From Magallana gigas (Eukaryota): 64,000 nucleotides of DNA. The stretch spans positions 55,366,001 to 55,430,000 of the forward strand of contig NC_088857.1 of assembly GCF_963853765.1 (NCBI RefSeq), given 5' to 3'. A model generated the notes under the pieces. The model ran no database searches. It was given only the letters and a program-made list of their open reading frames with translations, and was not told where the DNA came from. Shown here piece after piece: positions 63,481 to 64,000 of this stretch (its first letter is position 1; every line of letters starts with the position of its first letter). A program made the position numbers and the translations under genes.

Positions 63481-64000
63481 AATTAGGGCTTTTCGACTTT
63501 CGGTCGAAAAGACCTATTGTTTTCGTTCTGTTTTATTATTAGGGTTTTTCGACTTTCGGTCGAAAAGACCTATTGTTTACGTCTTTTTAGGGCTTTTCGA
63601 CTTTCGGTCGAAAAGACCAATTGTTTTCGTCTTTTTTTTATTATTATTTTCGACAGGATTTGTGTCAGCGATTTTTTAAAAACGGAAAAGAATATTAAAA
63701 CAATTATGCAACTTTCTTACAGCTATTGTTGATGACACGCGTATGTAAGGTTTTGGACTTCCGGTTCCGTTACTTCCGGTTTTTACATGCTTAAGGATAT
63801 TACTAAAAATGAAATGAAACGCAATATCTTACTTACTTTTTGAGTTAGAGCAATCATATTTTAGAATAAGATGTATCTTGTTAAGCTGTACAAAACTGTT
63901 AGTGTAAACATTTTTCTATTTCTTATCGTTTTTGAGATATTAGACCTCAAACTTGAGAAAAGGGGGGATGAAAAAAGAAAAAAAAATTCAAATGACCTTA
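63481..64000 (-). mobile_element. 3' end of a Helentron-like element (minus strand) with a triplicated terminal hairpin
   Basis: TTTTCGACTTTCGGTCGAAAAGACC occurs three times at 63484-63618 next to (TTA)n. The downstream body resembles the style of the 5467-7393 element. Confidence 0.6.

Overview
AT-rich, intron-rich animal genomic DNA, not prokaryotic. A bivalve mollusc such as an oyster is inferred from gene and repeat style, not verified. There is one 129-N assembly gap at 7457-7585. Exon chains were rebuilt by hand from GT-AG junctions and reading-frame continuity. Genes: (1) a FAM234-like type II membrane FG-GAP/beta-propeller gene on the minus strand (13 coding exons, about 766 aa); (2) head-to-head with it, a complete glycogen synthase gene (14 exon positions, about 696 aa); (3) a complete secreted animal heme peroxidase (12 coding exons, about 808 aa); (4) the first three coding exons of a tandem peroxidase paralog with a decayed antisense LINE in intron 2. 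The rest is largely non-autonomous DNA transposons, Helentron-like elements and minisatellites. The best finding is a pair of equal-length (158 nt), synonymously diverged copies of glycogen synthase exon 12, which carries the second catalytic Glu. Only one-or-the-other inclusion keeps the frame, so they look like mutually exclusive exons. Secondary findings are repeated tandem duplication of the splice junctions themselves (five cases, one an array of about 17 donor-bearing units) and several unrelated TTAA-flanked MITEs that each carry a tRNA-like A/B-box core.
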